DNA of 64,000 nucleotides from an uncultured Flavobacteriales bacterium (GTDB lineage Bacteria; Bacteroidota; Bacteroidia; Flavobacteriales; BACL11): NCBI GenBank assembly GCA_943788405.1, contig CALSQD010000001.1, positions 457,200 to 521,199 of the forward strand, read 5' to 3'. Shown piece by piece: positions 10,587 to 18,953 of this stretch (position 1 is its first letter; each line of letters starts with the position of its first letter). The notes under the pieces were generated by a model. It saw only the letters and a program-made list of their open reading frames with translations, ran no database searches and was not told where the DNA came from. The position numbers and the translations under genes were made by a program.

Positions 10587-11841
10587 TCAAAAAGTAATTC
10601 TTCTTTCCTTTTTGTGCCAATATATATTTCCCGTTCAATAAATCGTTTTCAGATAATTGATGATTTTCCTTTATTTTCTCTTTGTTAATACTTACAGCAT
10701 TGCTTTTTATCATTCTTCTTGCCTCTCCTTTACTTGCAAAAATCTGAGTTTTCTCAGCAACTATATCCAAAATTCCTAAGCTCAAATCAGCTTTGCTCAT
10801 TTCAAATTGAGGGACACCTTCAAATACGGATAGGAAAGTATCTTCATCCAAACTTTTCAAATCATCAGCTGTTGATTTCCCGAATAAGATACCAGATGCT
10901 TTAATAGCCATTTCTAAATCTTCAGCAGAATGTACTCTAGTTGTTACTTCTTCTGCAATTGCTTTTTGTAAAGTTCTTAAATGCGGAGCTTCATTATGCT
11001 CAGTAATTAATTTTTCAATTTCTTTTTCAGATAATAAAGTAAAAATCTTAATGTAGTTTTTAGCATCTTCATCAGTTGCATTTAGCCAAAATTGGTAGAA
11101 TTTGTAAGGAGATGTTTTTGCTTTATCTAACCAAACATTACCCGTTTCTGTTTTCCCAAACTTACCACCATCTGCTTTTTTTATCAGTGGAGTAGTTATC
11201 GCAAATGCCTTTCCGCCTCCTTTTCTTCTTACTAATTCAGTTCCGGTTACTATGTTCCCCCATTGGTCAGAACCTCCTAATTGTACTTTACAATTTTTGT
11301 TTTTCCAAAGCCAGTAAAAGTCATATCCTTGTACCAATTGGTAGGAAAATTCAGTAAAGCTCATTCCTGTTTCCAATCTGTTTTTCACTGAATCCTTTGC
11401 CATCATATAGTTAACTGAAATGTGTTTTCCTACATCACGGATAAATTCCAAAAAATTAAATTCTTTAAACCAATCGTAATTATTTACTACTTCTGCTGAG
11501 TTTGCACCACAATCAAAATTTAAGAATTGTTCCAATTGTTTTTGAACGCAAGCCAAGTTATGGTTTAGCGTATTTTCATCTAGCAGGTTTCGCTCTTTGC
11601 TTTTTCCTGAAGGATCACCTACCATACCAGTAGCACCACCAACTAAAGCAAAAGGTTTGTGCCCACATTTTTGTAAATGAACTAAAATCATTATCTGAAC
11701 TAAACTTCCGATATGTAGAGAGTCAGCAGTAGGATCAAAGCCAATATAGGCAGCAGTCATTTCTTTTTCAAATTGCTCTTTTGTCCCTGGCATGATATCG
11801 TGTATCATCCCTCTCCATTCTAATTCTTCTACAAAGTTCAT
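10573..11841 (-). CDS. tyrS: Tyrosine--tRNA ligase
   Basis: 422 aa with a HIGH-like DSLHIGS, a KMSKS-like KFGKT and a C-terminal S4 domain. Confidence 0.95.
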
Positions 11842-11918
11842 CTTAAATAATTTTCCTCAAAAATAGACAATTATTCTAAATCTCATGTCTAATATCTAAT
11901 ATCTCAAATCAATTCTCC

Positions 11919-11926
11919 TATCTTTG
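11919..11926 (+). promoter_or_regulatory. -7 box TAnnTTTG (tatctttg), 4 nt before the ATG at 11931
   Basis: Exact consensus match in the divergent tyrS/epimerase intergenic region. Confidence 0.45.
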
Positions 11927-11930
11927 TTCC

Positions 11931-12935
11931 ATGATATTTGTTACTGGAGGTACAGGACTTGTGGGTTCTCATGTGTTATTAAATTTAGCACAAAAAGGGG
12001 AGCAGTTTAAAGCGCTTAAAAGAGAGTATTCTTCTTTAGAAGTTTGTAAAAATATTTTTGCACACTACAAAGAATTGGATTTGTTTGATAAAATAAATTG
12101 GGTGAATGGTGATGTGAGTGACATCCCTTCTTTAACTGAGGCAATGCAAGATTGTGAACAGTTGATTCATTGTGCAGCTATTGTTTCTTTTTATGCAAGT
12201 GATGCTGATTTACTTAGAAAAGTAAATATTGAAGGCACGGCTAATGTAATGGATGTTGCAATAGCAAGTGGAATTAAGAAAGCAGGTTTTGTGAGTTCTA
12301 TTGCTGCGTTGGGAAGAAATTCTACTGAAGGTATGGTAGATGAAGAATGTCATTTTAAGATAACTAAACATGATAGTAACTATTCCCTAAGTAAGTATTA
12401 TGCCGAACAAGAAGTGTGGAGAGCAAGCCAAGAAGGATTGGAAGTTGTTATTATAAATCCCTCTGTTATTTTAGGTCCTGGGGATTGGACAAAAGGAAGT
12501 TCTCAAATATTTCAAAAGATTTATAAAGGGCTTAAATTTTACACTTCTGGCAGCACAGGTTATGTGGATGTGGTGGATGTAGCTGATTCCTTAATCGAGT
12601 TATTGTTTTCAGAAGTGAAGAATGAACGATTTATTGTGAATGGTGCTAATCTGAAATTCCGTGATTGTTTTGATAGTATTGCTGTTGCTTTAGGGAAGCC
12701 AAAAGCAACAATTAAAGCAACCCCTTTTTTAAAAGAAATTGCATGGCGAGTTGATGCAGTTCGTGCTTTTATCACAGCAACAAAACCTTTATTAACTAAG
12801 GAGACTGCTAATAGTGCAATGAAGTCTAATACTTATAGTACAAAAAAAATAGAAGCAATGTTGGGTTATCAGTTTACTGATGTGGATGCTACAATAAAAA
12901 AATATGCAAATTGGTTTATTGCTGATTTAAAGTAG
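11931..12935 (+). CDS. NAD-dependent epimerase/dehydratase family protein
   Basis: Rossmann motif VTGGTGLVGSH and a YSLSK (YxxxK) catalytic motif. Confidence 0.8.
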   Translation: MIFVTGGTGLVGSHVLLNLAQKGEQFKALKREYSSLEVCKNIFAHYKELDLFDKINWVNGDVSDIPSLTEAMQDCEQLIHCAAIVSFYASDADLLRKVNIEGTANVMDVAIASGIKKAGFVSSIAALGRNSTEGMVDEECHFKITKHDSNYSLSKYYAEQEVWRASQEGLEVVIINPSVILGPGDWTKGSSQIFQKIYKGLKFYTSGSTGYVDVVDVADSLIELLFSEVKNERFIVNGANLKFRDCFDSIAVALGKPKATIKATPFLKEIAWRVDAVRAFITATKPLLTKETANSAMKSNTYSTKKIEAMLGYQFTDVDATIKKYANWFIADLK

Positions 12936-13260
12936 TTCGTTCTTTTGATATTTGCTCCAGAACACTAGCATAAATCTGCTCTAATTTTTCAGGTTTTTCT
13001 GCATAATATTGGAGTGTTTTTTCAAAATCCTCTGCAGTTATTCTACTTTTCTTATAAATAGTAGCATAATTACTAGCCAATTCTTTTTTAGCATTCTCCA
13101 TTCCTTTGGTTTTGTGCAATTCAAATTTTGCTTCAGCTAAATGCACCTCTTTTAAGATATTTATAAATACGGCTTCCGATAAAATGTCATTAGGAACTTC
13201 TGTTTCTGGAGCAGAACATGCTAGTAGTAAAATACTTAGTAGTAAAGGAAAAATTTTCAT
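12916..13260 (-). CDS. Small lipoprotein (DUF4296-like)
   Basis: Start chosen at MKIFPLLLSILLLAC (lipobox) rather than the longer ORF start at 13284. Contains a HLAEAKFE motif. Confidence 0.6.
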   Translation of the reverse strand: MKIFPLLLSILLLACSAPETEVPNDILSEAVFINILKEVHLAEAKFELHKTKGMENAKKELASNYATIYKKSRITAEDFEKTLQYYAEKPEKLEQIYASVLEQISKERTTLNQQ

Positions 13261-13294
13261 TAAACAAAGATAGCTTTTAAGCAAGCAAAAAATG

Positions 13295-13302
13295 TATATT
13301 TG
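13295..13302 (+). promoter_or_regulatory. -7 box TAnnTTTG (tatatttg), 30 nt upstream of the Cys/His-rich lipoprotein gene
   Basis: Exact consensus match. Confidence 0.5.
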
Positions 13303-13332
13303 CTTAATTATTAATCAAACAAAATATTTAAG

Positions 13333-13677
13333 ATGAAAAAGTTAATGTATTTATTAGTTGCAGGATCACTTTCTGTATTTGCAGCTTGTGGTGGTGCGTC
13401 AACTACTGAAGGAGCAGCTACTGATGTTGCTGTTGAAGAAGTGGCTGTTGAAGAAGTGGCTGAAGCTGTTGGTTGCCAAGTTGAAGGTGGTACTTGTTTA
13501 GCAGATCATTCTTGTTGTGCACCTAAAGCTGCTGCTTGTTGTTGTGGTGATGCTACTTGTGATGGTTCTTGTCATGGTGATGCTGCTGCTGAAGCTCATG
13601 GAGATCACGATCATGCAGGAGACGATCACGATCATGCAGGAGACGATCACGATCATGTAGGAGAAGATCAAGAATAA
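13333..13677 (+). CDS. Cys-, His- and Asp-rich lipoprotein, putative metal-binding
   Basis: Lipobox VFAAC. Twelve further Cys in about 40 aa, including CCAP, CCCGD and CDGSCHGD. C-terminal HGDHDHAGDDHDHAGDDHDHVGED repeats. A -7 box lies 30 nt upstream and a hairpin terminator lies downstream. Confidence 0.75.
   Translation: MKKLMYLLVAGSLSVFAACGGASTTEGAATDVAVEEVAVEEVAEAVGCQVEGGTCLADHSCCAPKAAACCCGDATCDGSCHGDAAAEAHGDHDHAGDDHDHAGDDHDHVGEDQE
13600..13659 (+). repeat. In-frame tandem coding repeat: one 18-nt plus two 21-nt units encoding G-D-(D)-H-D-H-A/V
   Basis: ggagatcacgatcatgca / ggagacgatcacgatcatgca / ggagacgatcacgatcatgta read directly. A second 15-nt duplication (gctgttgaagaagtg x2) lies near 13427-13456. 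Confidence 0.9.
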
Positions 13678-13698
13678 GAATTTTATTCTGAGAAATTA

Positions 13699-13728
13699 AA
13701 AAAAGGCATCCATTTGGGTGCCTTTTTT
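13699..13728. terminator. Bidirectional rho-independent terminator between convergent genes
   Basis: Stem ggcatcc / gggtgcc (one G-U pair), loop attt, with an A-run on one side and a T6 run on the other. Confidence 0.7.
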
Positions 13729-13733
13729 AGTTT

Positions 13734-15065
13734 TTATCGATTAAAAGTAAGTCGCATTCCTCTGCTGGTTTCATCAAAGCTTCCAAACTCATAAGCAATA
13801 TGTCCGTTAACAAAAGTATGCGTGATTTTTGCATTAAATGTTTCTCCTTCAAAAGGTGACCAACCACATTTGTATAAAATATTTTCTTTAGTAACTTCCC
13901 AAGGTTTATCTAAATCTACTAAAACTAAATCTGCAAAATAACCTTCACGAATAAAGCCTCTGTTTTCTACTTGAAAACAAATAGCAGGATTATGACACAT
14001 CTTTTCTACAACTTTTTCAAGGCTTATTTTCTTTTGATTAACAAAAGCTAGCATTGCCGGTAAAGCGTGTTGTACAAGTGGCCCTCCTGAGGGAGCGTTA
14101 AAGTAAGTGTTTGACTTTTCTTCCAAAGTATGAGGGGCATGATCAGTTGCAATTACATCCAGCTTATCATCTAATAAAGCTTGAAATAATGCTTTTTTAT
14201 CACTTGCTTTTTTTACTGCAGGATTCCATTTTATAAGTGTTCCTTTATCCTCATATTTACTTTTGTCAAACCAAAGGTGGTGTATGCAAATTTCAGCTGT
14301 TATGCGTTTTTCTGCTAAAGGTAAAGTATTGTCAAAAAGTTCAATTTCTTTTTCAGTAGAAAGGTGAAAAACATGAAGCCTTGTATTGTATCTTTTTGCC
14401 AATTCCACTGCCATTGAAGAAGATTTATAACAAGCTTCAGAACTTCTAATATTCGGGTGTTCACTAATTGGTACTTCCTCTCCAAACTGAGCTTTTGCTT
14501 TCTCAATATTTTCTTGAATAGTTGCCTCATCCTCACAATGAACAGCAATTAACATAGGTGATTTTTCAAAAATTTCTTTCAATACGGATTTATCATCAAC
14601 CAACATATTACCAGTTGAAGAACCCATAAATATTTTAATAGCACCAACAGTTTTAGGATCAGTTTTAAGTACTTCTTCCAAATTATCATTACTCGCTCCC
14701 ATAAAAAAGCTGTAGTTAGCAATTGAAGTTTCTGCTGCAATTTGGTATTTATCCTCTAGTAGTTCTTGTGTTAAAGCTTGGGGATTGGTGTTTGGCATTT
14801 CCATAAAAGAAGTAATTCCACCAGCCACTGCTGCTTTACTTTCAGTGTAAATATTTGCCTTGTGTGTTAAGCCTGGCTCACGGAAATGAACTTGATCATC
14901 AATTACGCCTGGTAAAAGATGCAAACCTTCCCCATCAATAATTTGGTCAGCTTCAATGTTAATTTCAGCATCAATTTGTTTGATAATTTGATTTTCGATC
15001 AGCACATCTGATTTGTAAATTCTTCCTTCATTTACAAGTTGTGCATTTTTAATAAGTGTTAGCAT
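13734..15065 (-). CDS. pyrC: Dihydroorotase (amidohydrolase superfamily, long type)
   Basis: 443 aa with DDQVHFREPG, a mid-protein HCED motif and ATDHAPH. Confidence 0.85.
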   Translation of the reverse strand: MLTLIKNAQLVNEGRIYKSDVLIENQIIKQIDAEINIEADQIIDGEGLHLLPGVIDDQVHFREPGLTHKANIYTESKAAVAGGITSFMEMPNTNPQALTQELLEDKYQIAAETSIANYSFFMGASNDNLEEVLKTDPKTVGAIKIFMGSSTGNMLVDDKSVLKEIFEKSPMLIAVHCEDEATIQENIEKAKAQFGEEVPISEHPNIRSSEACYKSSSMAVELAKRYNTRLHVFHLSTEKEIELFDNTLPLAEKRITAEICIHHLWFDKSKYEDKGTLIKWNPAVKKASDKKALFQALLDDKLDVIATDHAPHTLEEKSNTYFNAPSGGPLVQHALPAMLAFVNQKKISLEKVVEKMCHNPAICFQVENRGFIREGYFADLVLVDLDKPWEVTKENILYKCGWSPFEGETFNAKITHTFVNGHIAYEFGSFDETSRGMRLTFNR

Positions 15066-15071
15066 TTGCTA

Positions 15072-15108
15072 TTGTTTATTTGTTTAACTGATTATTGGTT
15101 TAGTTGAT
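15072..15108 (-). repeat. 37-nt conserved core of an intercistronic structured element (copy 1, just upstream of pyrC)
   Basis: ttgtttatttgtttaactgattattggtttagttgat is the reverse complement of 21692..21728 with 36/37 identity. It pairs with 15142..15164. Confidence 0.9.
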
Positions 15109-15215
15109 GTTTTAGGATTGTTTATTTTCTCAAATAATCAAATCAACCTATAAACAAATAATCATTTTTGTATCTATTGTCTAAAAGCGTAGGGGTCTAA
15201 CTTCTAATATCTATT

Positions 15216-15947
15216 TTATCTTTTCCAGTTTCTAAAAAAACTTTTGAGTTTCATTTGGATTACTCCAATAACGGCTTCCATAAAAATTCCACCACTCATT
15301 TTTGATTCTCCTTCAGTCCTGTCCGTAAAAATTACAGGAACTTCAACTACATTAAATCCGTATTTCCAAGCTTTAAATTTCATTTCAATCTGAAAGGCAT
15401 ACCCAACAAATTGAATTTTGTCAAAATTGATAACTTCTAAAACTTCACTTTTATAGCATTTAAATCCTGCAGTAGAATCATGAATGGGCATACCGGTAAT
15501 GAATTTAACATATTTTGATGCAAAAAAGGACATCAATAATCGTGACATAGGCCAATTTACAATATTAACTCCCCTTACATAGCGTGATCCAATTGCAACT
15601 TCTGCACCCTCTAGTGAGTTTGCATTGTAGAGTCTAATTAAATCATTAGGGTCATGTGAAAAATCAGCATCCATTTCAAAAATGAATTGATAATCTTTTT
15701 GCAATGCCCATTTAAACCCGTGAATGTAGGCAGTACCTAGCCCAAGTTTCCCAGTTCTTTCTTCAATATGTAATTGTTCAGGAAATTCTGATTGTAGTTT
15801 TTTTACAATACCTGCTGTTCCATCAGGAGATCCGTCATCAACAATAAGGATGTGAAATGATTTTTCCAAAGAGAATACTTTGCGAATTATCCTTTCAATA
15901 TTTTCCTTCTCGTTATAAGTTGGAATTATGATTAAGCTATCTGACAT
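15216..15947 (-). CDS. Polyprenol-phosphate mannosyltransferase-like GT2 glycosyltransferase
   Basis: IIIPTYNEKENI, VDDGSPDGT and MDADFSHDP, following the Dpm1-like pattern. Confidence 0.85.
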   Translation of the reverse strand: MSDSLIIIPTYNEKENIERIIRKVFSLEKSFHILIVDDGSPDGTAGIVKKLQSEFPEQLHIEERTGKLGLGTAYIHGFKWALQKDYQFIFEMDADFSHDPNDLIRLYNANSLEGAEVAIGSRYVRGVNIVNWPMSRLLMSFFASKYVKFITGMPIHDSTAGFKCYKSEVLEVINFDKIQFVGYAFQIEMKFKAWKYGFNVVEVPVIFTDRTEGESKMSGGIFMEAVIGVIQMKLKSFFRNWKR

Positions 15948-15994
15948 TATTGAATTTTAAAAGTGTAAAAATACAAAACAAATCTAGATAAGAT

Positions 15995-17890
15995 TTATTG
16001 TGCTGTTATTTTGATTTCATCAACAACTGAAGGGTCTAAAAGGGTGCTTGTATCTCCTAAATTATCGCTCTCTCCTGCGGCAATTTTTCTTAGGATACGC
16101 CTCATTATTTTCCCAGAACGCGTTTTGGGTAAGCCATTTACAAATTGGATTTTATCTGCTTTTGCAATAGCTCCAACCTCTGTAGTAACCAAATCATTTA
16201 TTTCTTTCCTGAGCATTTCTTCATTTTTTGGCAGATGATGACAAATTACATAAGCATAGATAGCATTTCCTTTTATGGGGTGAGGGTAGCCTACAATTGC
16301 AGTTTCACACACATTTTCGTGTTCGTCCATAGCACTTTCAATTTCAGCAGTTCCTAAGTTATGTCCTGAAACAATAATTACATCATCTACTCTTCCAGTT
16401 ATTCTGTACATACCATTTTCATCACGCAAAGCACCATCACCAGTAAAGTATTTATTCTCAAAAGCTGAAAAATAAGTTTCCTTAAATCTCTTATGATTTC
16501 CATAAATAGTACGGGCCATTGAGGGCCAAGGGTGTTTTATGCAGAGCCTTCCTGCTACATTATTTCCTTCAATTTCTTGCCCTTTTTCATCCACTAAGCA
16601 AGGTTGTATTCCTGGTAAAGGTAGGGTTGCAAAAGCAGGTTTTGAAGGGGTAACTCCTCCTAAATTAGAAATCATAATTCCCCCTGTTTCTGTTTGCCAC
16701 CAAGTGTCAACTATTGGACAATTTCCATTTCCAATTTCTTTATTATACCAATGCCAAGCATCCTCATTTATAGGCTCGCCAACTGTTCCTAATACTTTTA
16801 ATGATGATAAATCATAAGGTTTTACAAATTCCATTCCTTTGGCTTCTAGGGCACGTATAGCAGTTGGTGCTGTGTAAAAGATATTTACTTTATGTTCTTC
16901 CACAATTTTCCAAAATCTTCCTGCATCAGGAAAAGTAGGAACTCCTTCAAACATTATTGTGGTTGCCCCTGCTAAAAGAGGGCCATATACAATATAAGAG
17001 TGTCCTGTTATCCAACCAATATCGGCTGTACACCAATAAATATCACCTTCACTATATTGAAAAACATTGCGAAATGAATACTCTGTATAAATCATATAGC
17101 CAGCAGTGCTGTGTTGGATTCCCTTTGGTTTTCCTGTAGAACCGGAAGTATATAAAATAAAAAGTGGGTCTTCTGAATCCATAATCTCAGCAGGAAAATT
17201 AGAGTTTACTTTTTGCATTTGTTCATGCCACCAAACATCTCTGCCGTTTTGCATAGTAATTTTGCTTTTTGTACGCTCTAATACTATGCATTTTTCTATT
17301 GATGGAGTAGATTGCATAGCGGTATCAGAAATTTCCTTTAGAGGTGTAATTTTCTCACCTCTGAACCCTCCATCAGCAGTGATTAAAATAGAACAATCGG
17401 CATCATTTATTCTATCAGAAAGTGATTTTGAAGAAAACCCAGCAAATACAACTGAGTGGATTGCCCCAATCCTAGCACAAGCTAAAACGGCAATAGCCAA
17501 TTCTGGTACCATAGGCATGTAAAGGCAAATTCTATCTCCTTTTTTTGCGTCATTATTTTTTAGCACATTGGCGAATTTACAAATCTCAGTATGCAATTCA
17601 TTATAGGATAAACATCTGCTTTGTTCATTAGGATTATTTGCTATCCACTTTATGGCTGTTTGCTCGCCTTTAGTTTTTAGGTGTCTGTCTAAGCAATTTT
17701 CTGTGATGTTCAGTTTACCTCCTTCAAACCATTTTATTTCTGGTTTTGTAAAATCCCATTCTAGTACTGAATCCCATTTTTTATGCCAAGTAAAATTATT
17801 TGCTTTTTCTTCCCAAAATGCTGCTGGATTATTAATGCTTTTTGCGTATTCTATTTTGTACTGTTCTAAGGAAGTTATGGTTTTGCTCAT
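15995..17890 (-). CDS. acs: Acetyl-CoA synthetase
   Basis: YTSGSTGKPKG, GTVGEPIN and LPKTRSGKIMRR. Start set at MSKTITSLEQ; the 18-codon extension to 17944 looks spurious. Confidence 0.95.
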   Translation of the reverse strand: MSKTITSLEQYKIEYAKSINNPAAFWEEKANNFTWHKKWDSVLEWDFTKPEIKWFEGGKLNITENCLDRHLKTKGEQTAIKWIANNPNEQSRCLSYNELHTEICKFANVLKNNDAKKGDRICLYMPMVPELAIAVLACARIGAIHSVVFAGFSSKSLSDRINDADCSILITADGGFRGEKITPLKEISDTAMQSTPSIEKCIVLERTKSKITMQNGRDVWWHEQMQKVNSNFPAEIMDSEDPLFILYTSGSTGKPKGIQHSTAGYMIYTEYSFRNVFQYSEGDIYWCTADIGWITGHSYIVYGPLLAGATTIMFEGVPTFPDAGRFWKIVEEHKVNIFYTAPTAIRALEAKGMEFVKPYDLSSLKVLGTVGEPINEDAWHWYNKEIGNGNCPIVDTWWQTETGGIMISNLGGVTPSKPAFATLPLPGIQPCLVDEKGQEIEGNNVAGRLCIKHPWPSMARTIYGNHKRFKETYFSAFENKYFTGDGALRDENGMYRITGRVDDVIIVSGHNLGTAEIESAMDEHENVCETAIVGYPHPIKGNAIYAYVICHHLPKNEEMLRKEINDLVTTEVGAIAKADKIQFVNGLPKTRSGKIMRRILRKIAAGESDNLGDTSTLLDPSVVDEIKITAQ

Positions 17891-17991
17891 GAGTAGTTTT
17901 CTAATTGTCCAAAGATAGCAAAACAATTTATATTTAAAAATCAATATTTTAAATTGAATGTGTAAATTAGCGCTTTAATAAAATAGAAACT

Positions 17992-18891
17992 ATGAAAAAA
18001 ATATTACTATCCCTGAGTGTGCTTTTTGCAATGAATTTATATGCACAAGATTGTTCAGAATTATTCTTCTCGGAATATGTAGAAGGCTGGAGCCAGAATA
18101 AAGCGATTGAGGTATACAATCCAACAAACGCGACTATTGATTTAAGTGCTTACCAAATTGAAAGATACTCTAATGGAGCTACAAATAGTTCGGCTGGTGG
18201 AGTAACAAATTTAACAGGAATGTTGGCTTCTGGTGATGCGTTTGTACTAACTAATGGAGAGACTGACACTTCAAGTACTTTTGGTTATTGTGATCCCATA
18301 CTTTTAAGTTTAGGAGATATGTCAGAACCTAATGGTTCTTATCCTACTCCTATGCATATGAATGGTAATGATGCTATAGTACTTTCTAAAGGAACAACAA
18401 TTATTGATGTAATAGGAAAAGTTGGAGAAGACCCTGCTTCTGGCGCATGGACGGATGATGCTGCTTCAGGGTTTACTATGGGTACATGGTGGACAGCACA
18501 ACATACTCTAATTAGAAAAGCAAGTGTAAAAGGTGGTGATGGTAACGGATTAGATTTATTTAATCCTAGTTTGGAATGGGATTCATTACCTGCTGGAAGT
18601 TGGACTAATTTAGGAATGCATAATTGTGATTGTATAGGAGCTTCAGCAATTAATGATGCTAAAGATATTTCTTATATTGTGTATCCTAATCCAGCAAATA
18701 GTGGGGAGGTAATTACTATTAATGCTGCAGCAACTATTGCAACTATTGAAGTGATTAATATCTTAGGGAAAAAAGTACTAACACAAACATCAAATAAAAT
18801 TAATACATCTGCTTTAGCAAAAGGAACTTATATTACTAGAATTAATTTTACAGATGGTAGAATGGTAGAAAATAAAATTATTATTGAGTAA
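17992..18891 (+). CDS. Secreted lamin-tail-domain (LTD) protein with T9SS C-terminal sorting domain
   Basis: Signal peptide. LTD-like LFFSEYVEGWSQNKAIEVYNPT ... GNDAIVL. C-terminal YPNPANSGEVITIN ... GTYITRINFTDG, typical of a T9SS CTD. Confidence 0.75.
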   Translation: MKKILLSLSVLFAMNLYAQDCSELFFSEYVEGWSQNKAIEVYNPTNATIDLSAYQIERYSNGATNSSAGGVTNLTGMLASGDAFVLTNGETDTSSTFGYCDPILLSLGDMSEPNGSYPTPMHMNGNDAIVLSKGTTIIDVIGKVGEDPASGAWTDDAASGFTMGTWWTAQHTLIRKASVKGGDGNGLDLFNPSLEWDSLPAGSWTNLGMHNCDCIGASAINDAKDISYIVYPNPANSGEVITINAAATIATIEVINILGKKVLTQTSNKINTSALAKGTYITRINFTDGRMVENKIIIE

Positions 18892-18912
18892 TTAAAAAGA
18901 TAAACTAATTGA

Positions 18913-18941
18913 AATGCTGATGGAAACATCAGCATTTTTTT
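18913..18941 (+). terminator. Rho-independent terminator after the LTD gene
   Basis: 10-bp stem aatgctgatg / catcagcatt, loop gaaa, followed by a T-run. Confidence 0.75.
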
Positions 18942-18953
18942 ACGCATATCAAT

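Noticed and set aside
11887-11904. 18-nt AT-rich motif gtctaatatctaatatct that resembles gtctaacttctaatatct at 15195-15212 (16/18).
   Set aside because: It is a low-complexity tandem of tctaata in AT-rich intergenic DNA, so a chance match is plausible. No associated structure or consistent gene context was found.
17106-17522. Long antisense ORFs inside well-supported genes: 17106-17522 and others opposite acs, 24712-25143 opposite accC, 19190-19624 opposite the TonB receptor, 32345-32770 opposite ribE, 52856-53248 opposite ansA, and 42740-43060 and 41384-41674 opposite the permeases.
   Set aside because: Each lies opposite a gene with unmistakable family motifs. Their translations are low-complexity or hydrophobic with no recognisable motifs. 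This is typical of stop-poor antisense frames.
17891-17944. N-terminal ORF extensions in the six-frame track: acs to 17944, pepA to 31134, mqn from 31088, HMA to 37102, TolC to 40112, PNGase-like to 48773, OmpA from 49886, and the lipoprotein to 13284.
   Set aside because: The extensions precede obvious signal peptides or conserved N-termini, use non-ATG codons, or overlap neighbouring genes or promoter boxes. Internal ATG starts were preferred.
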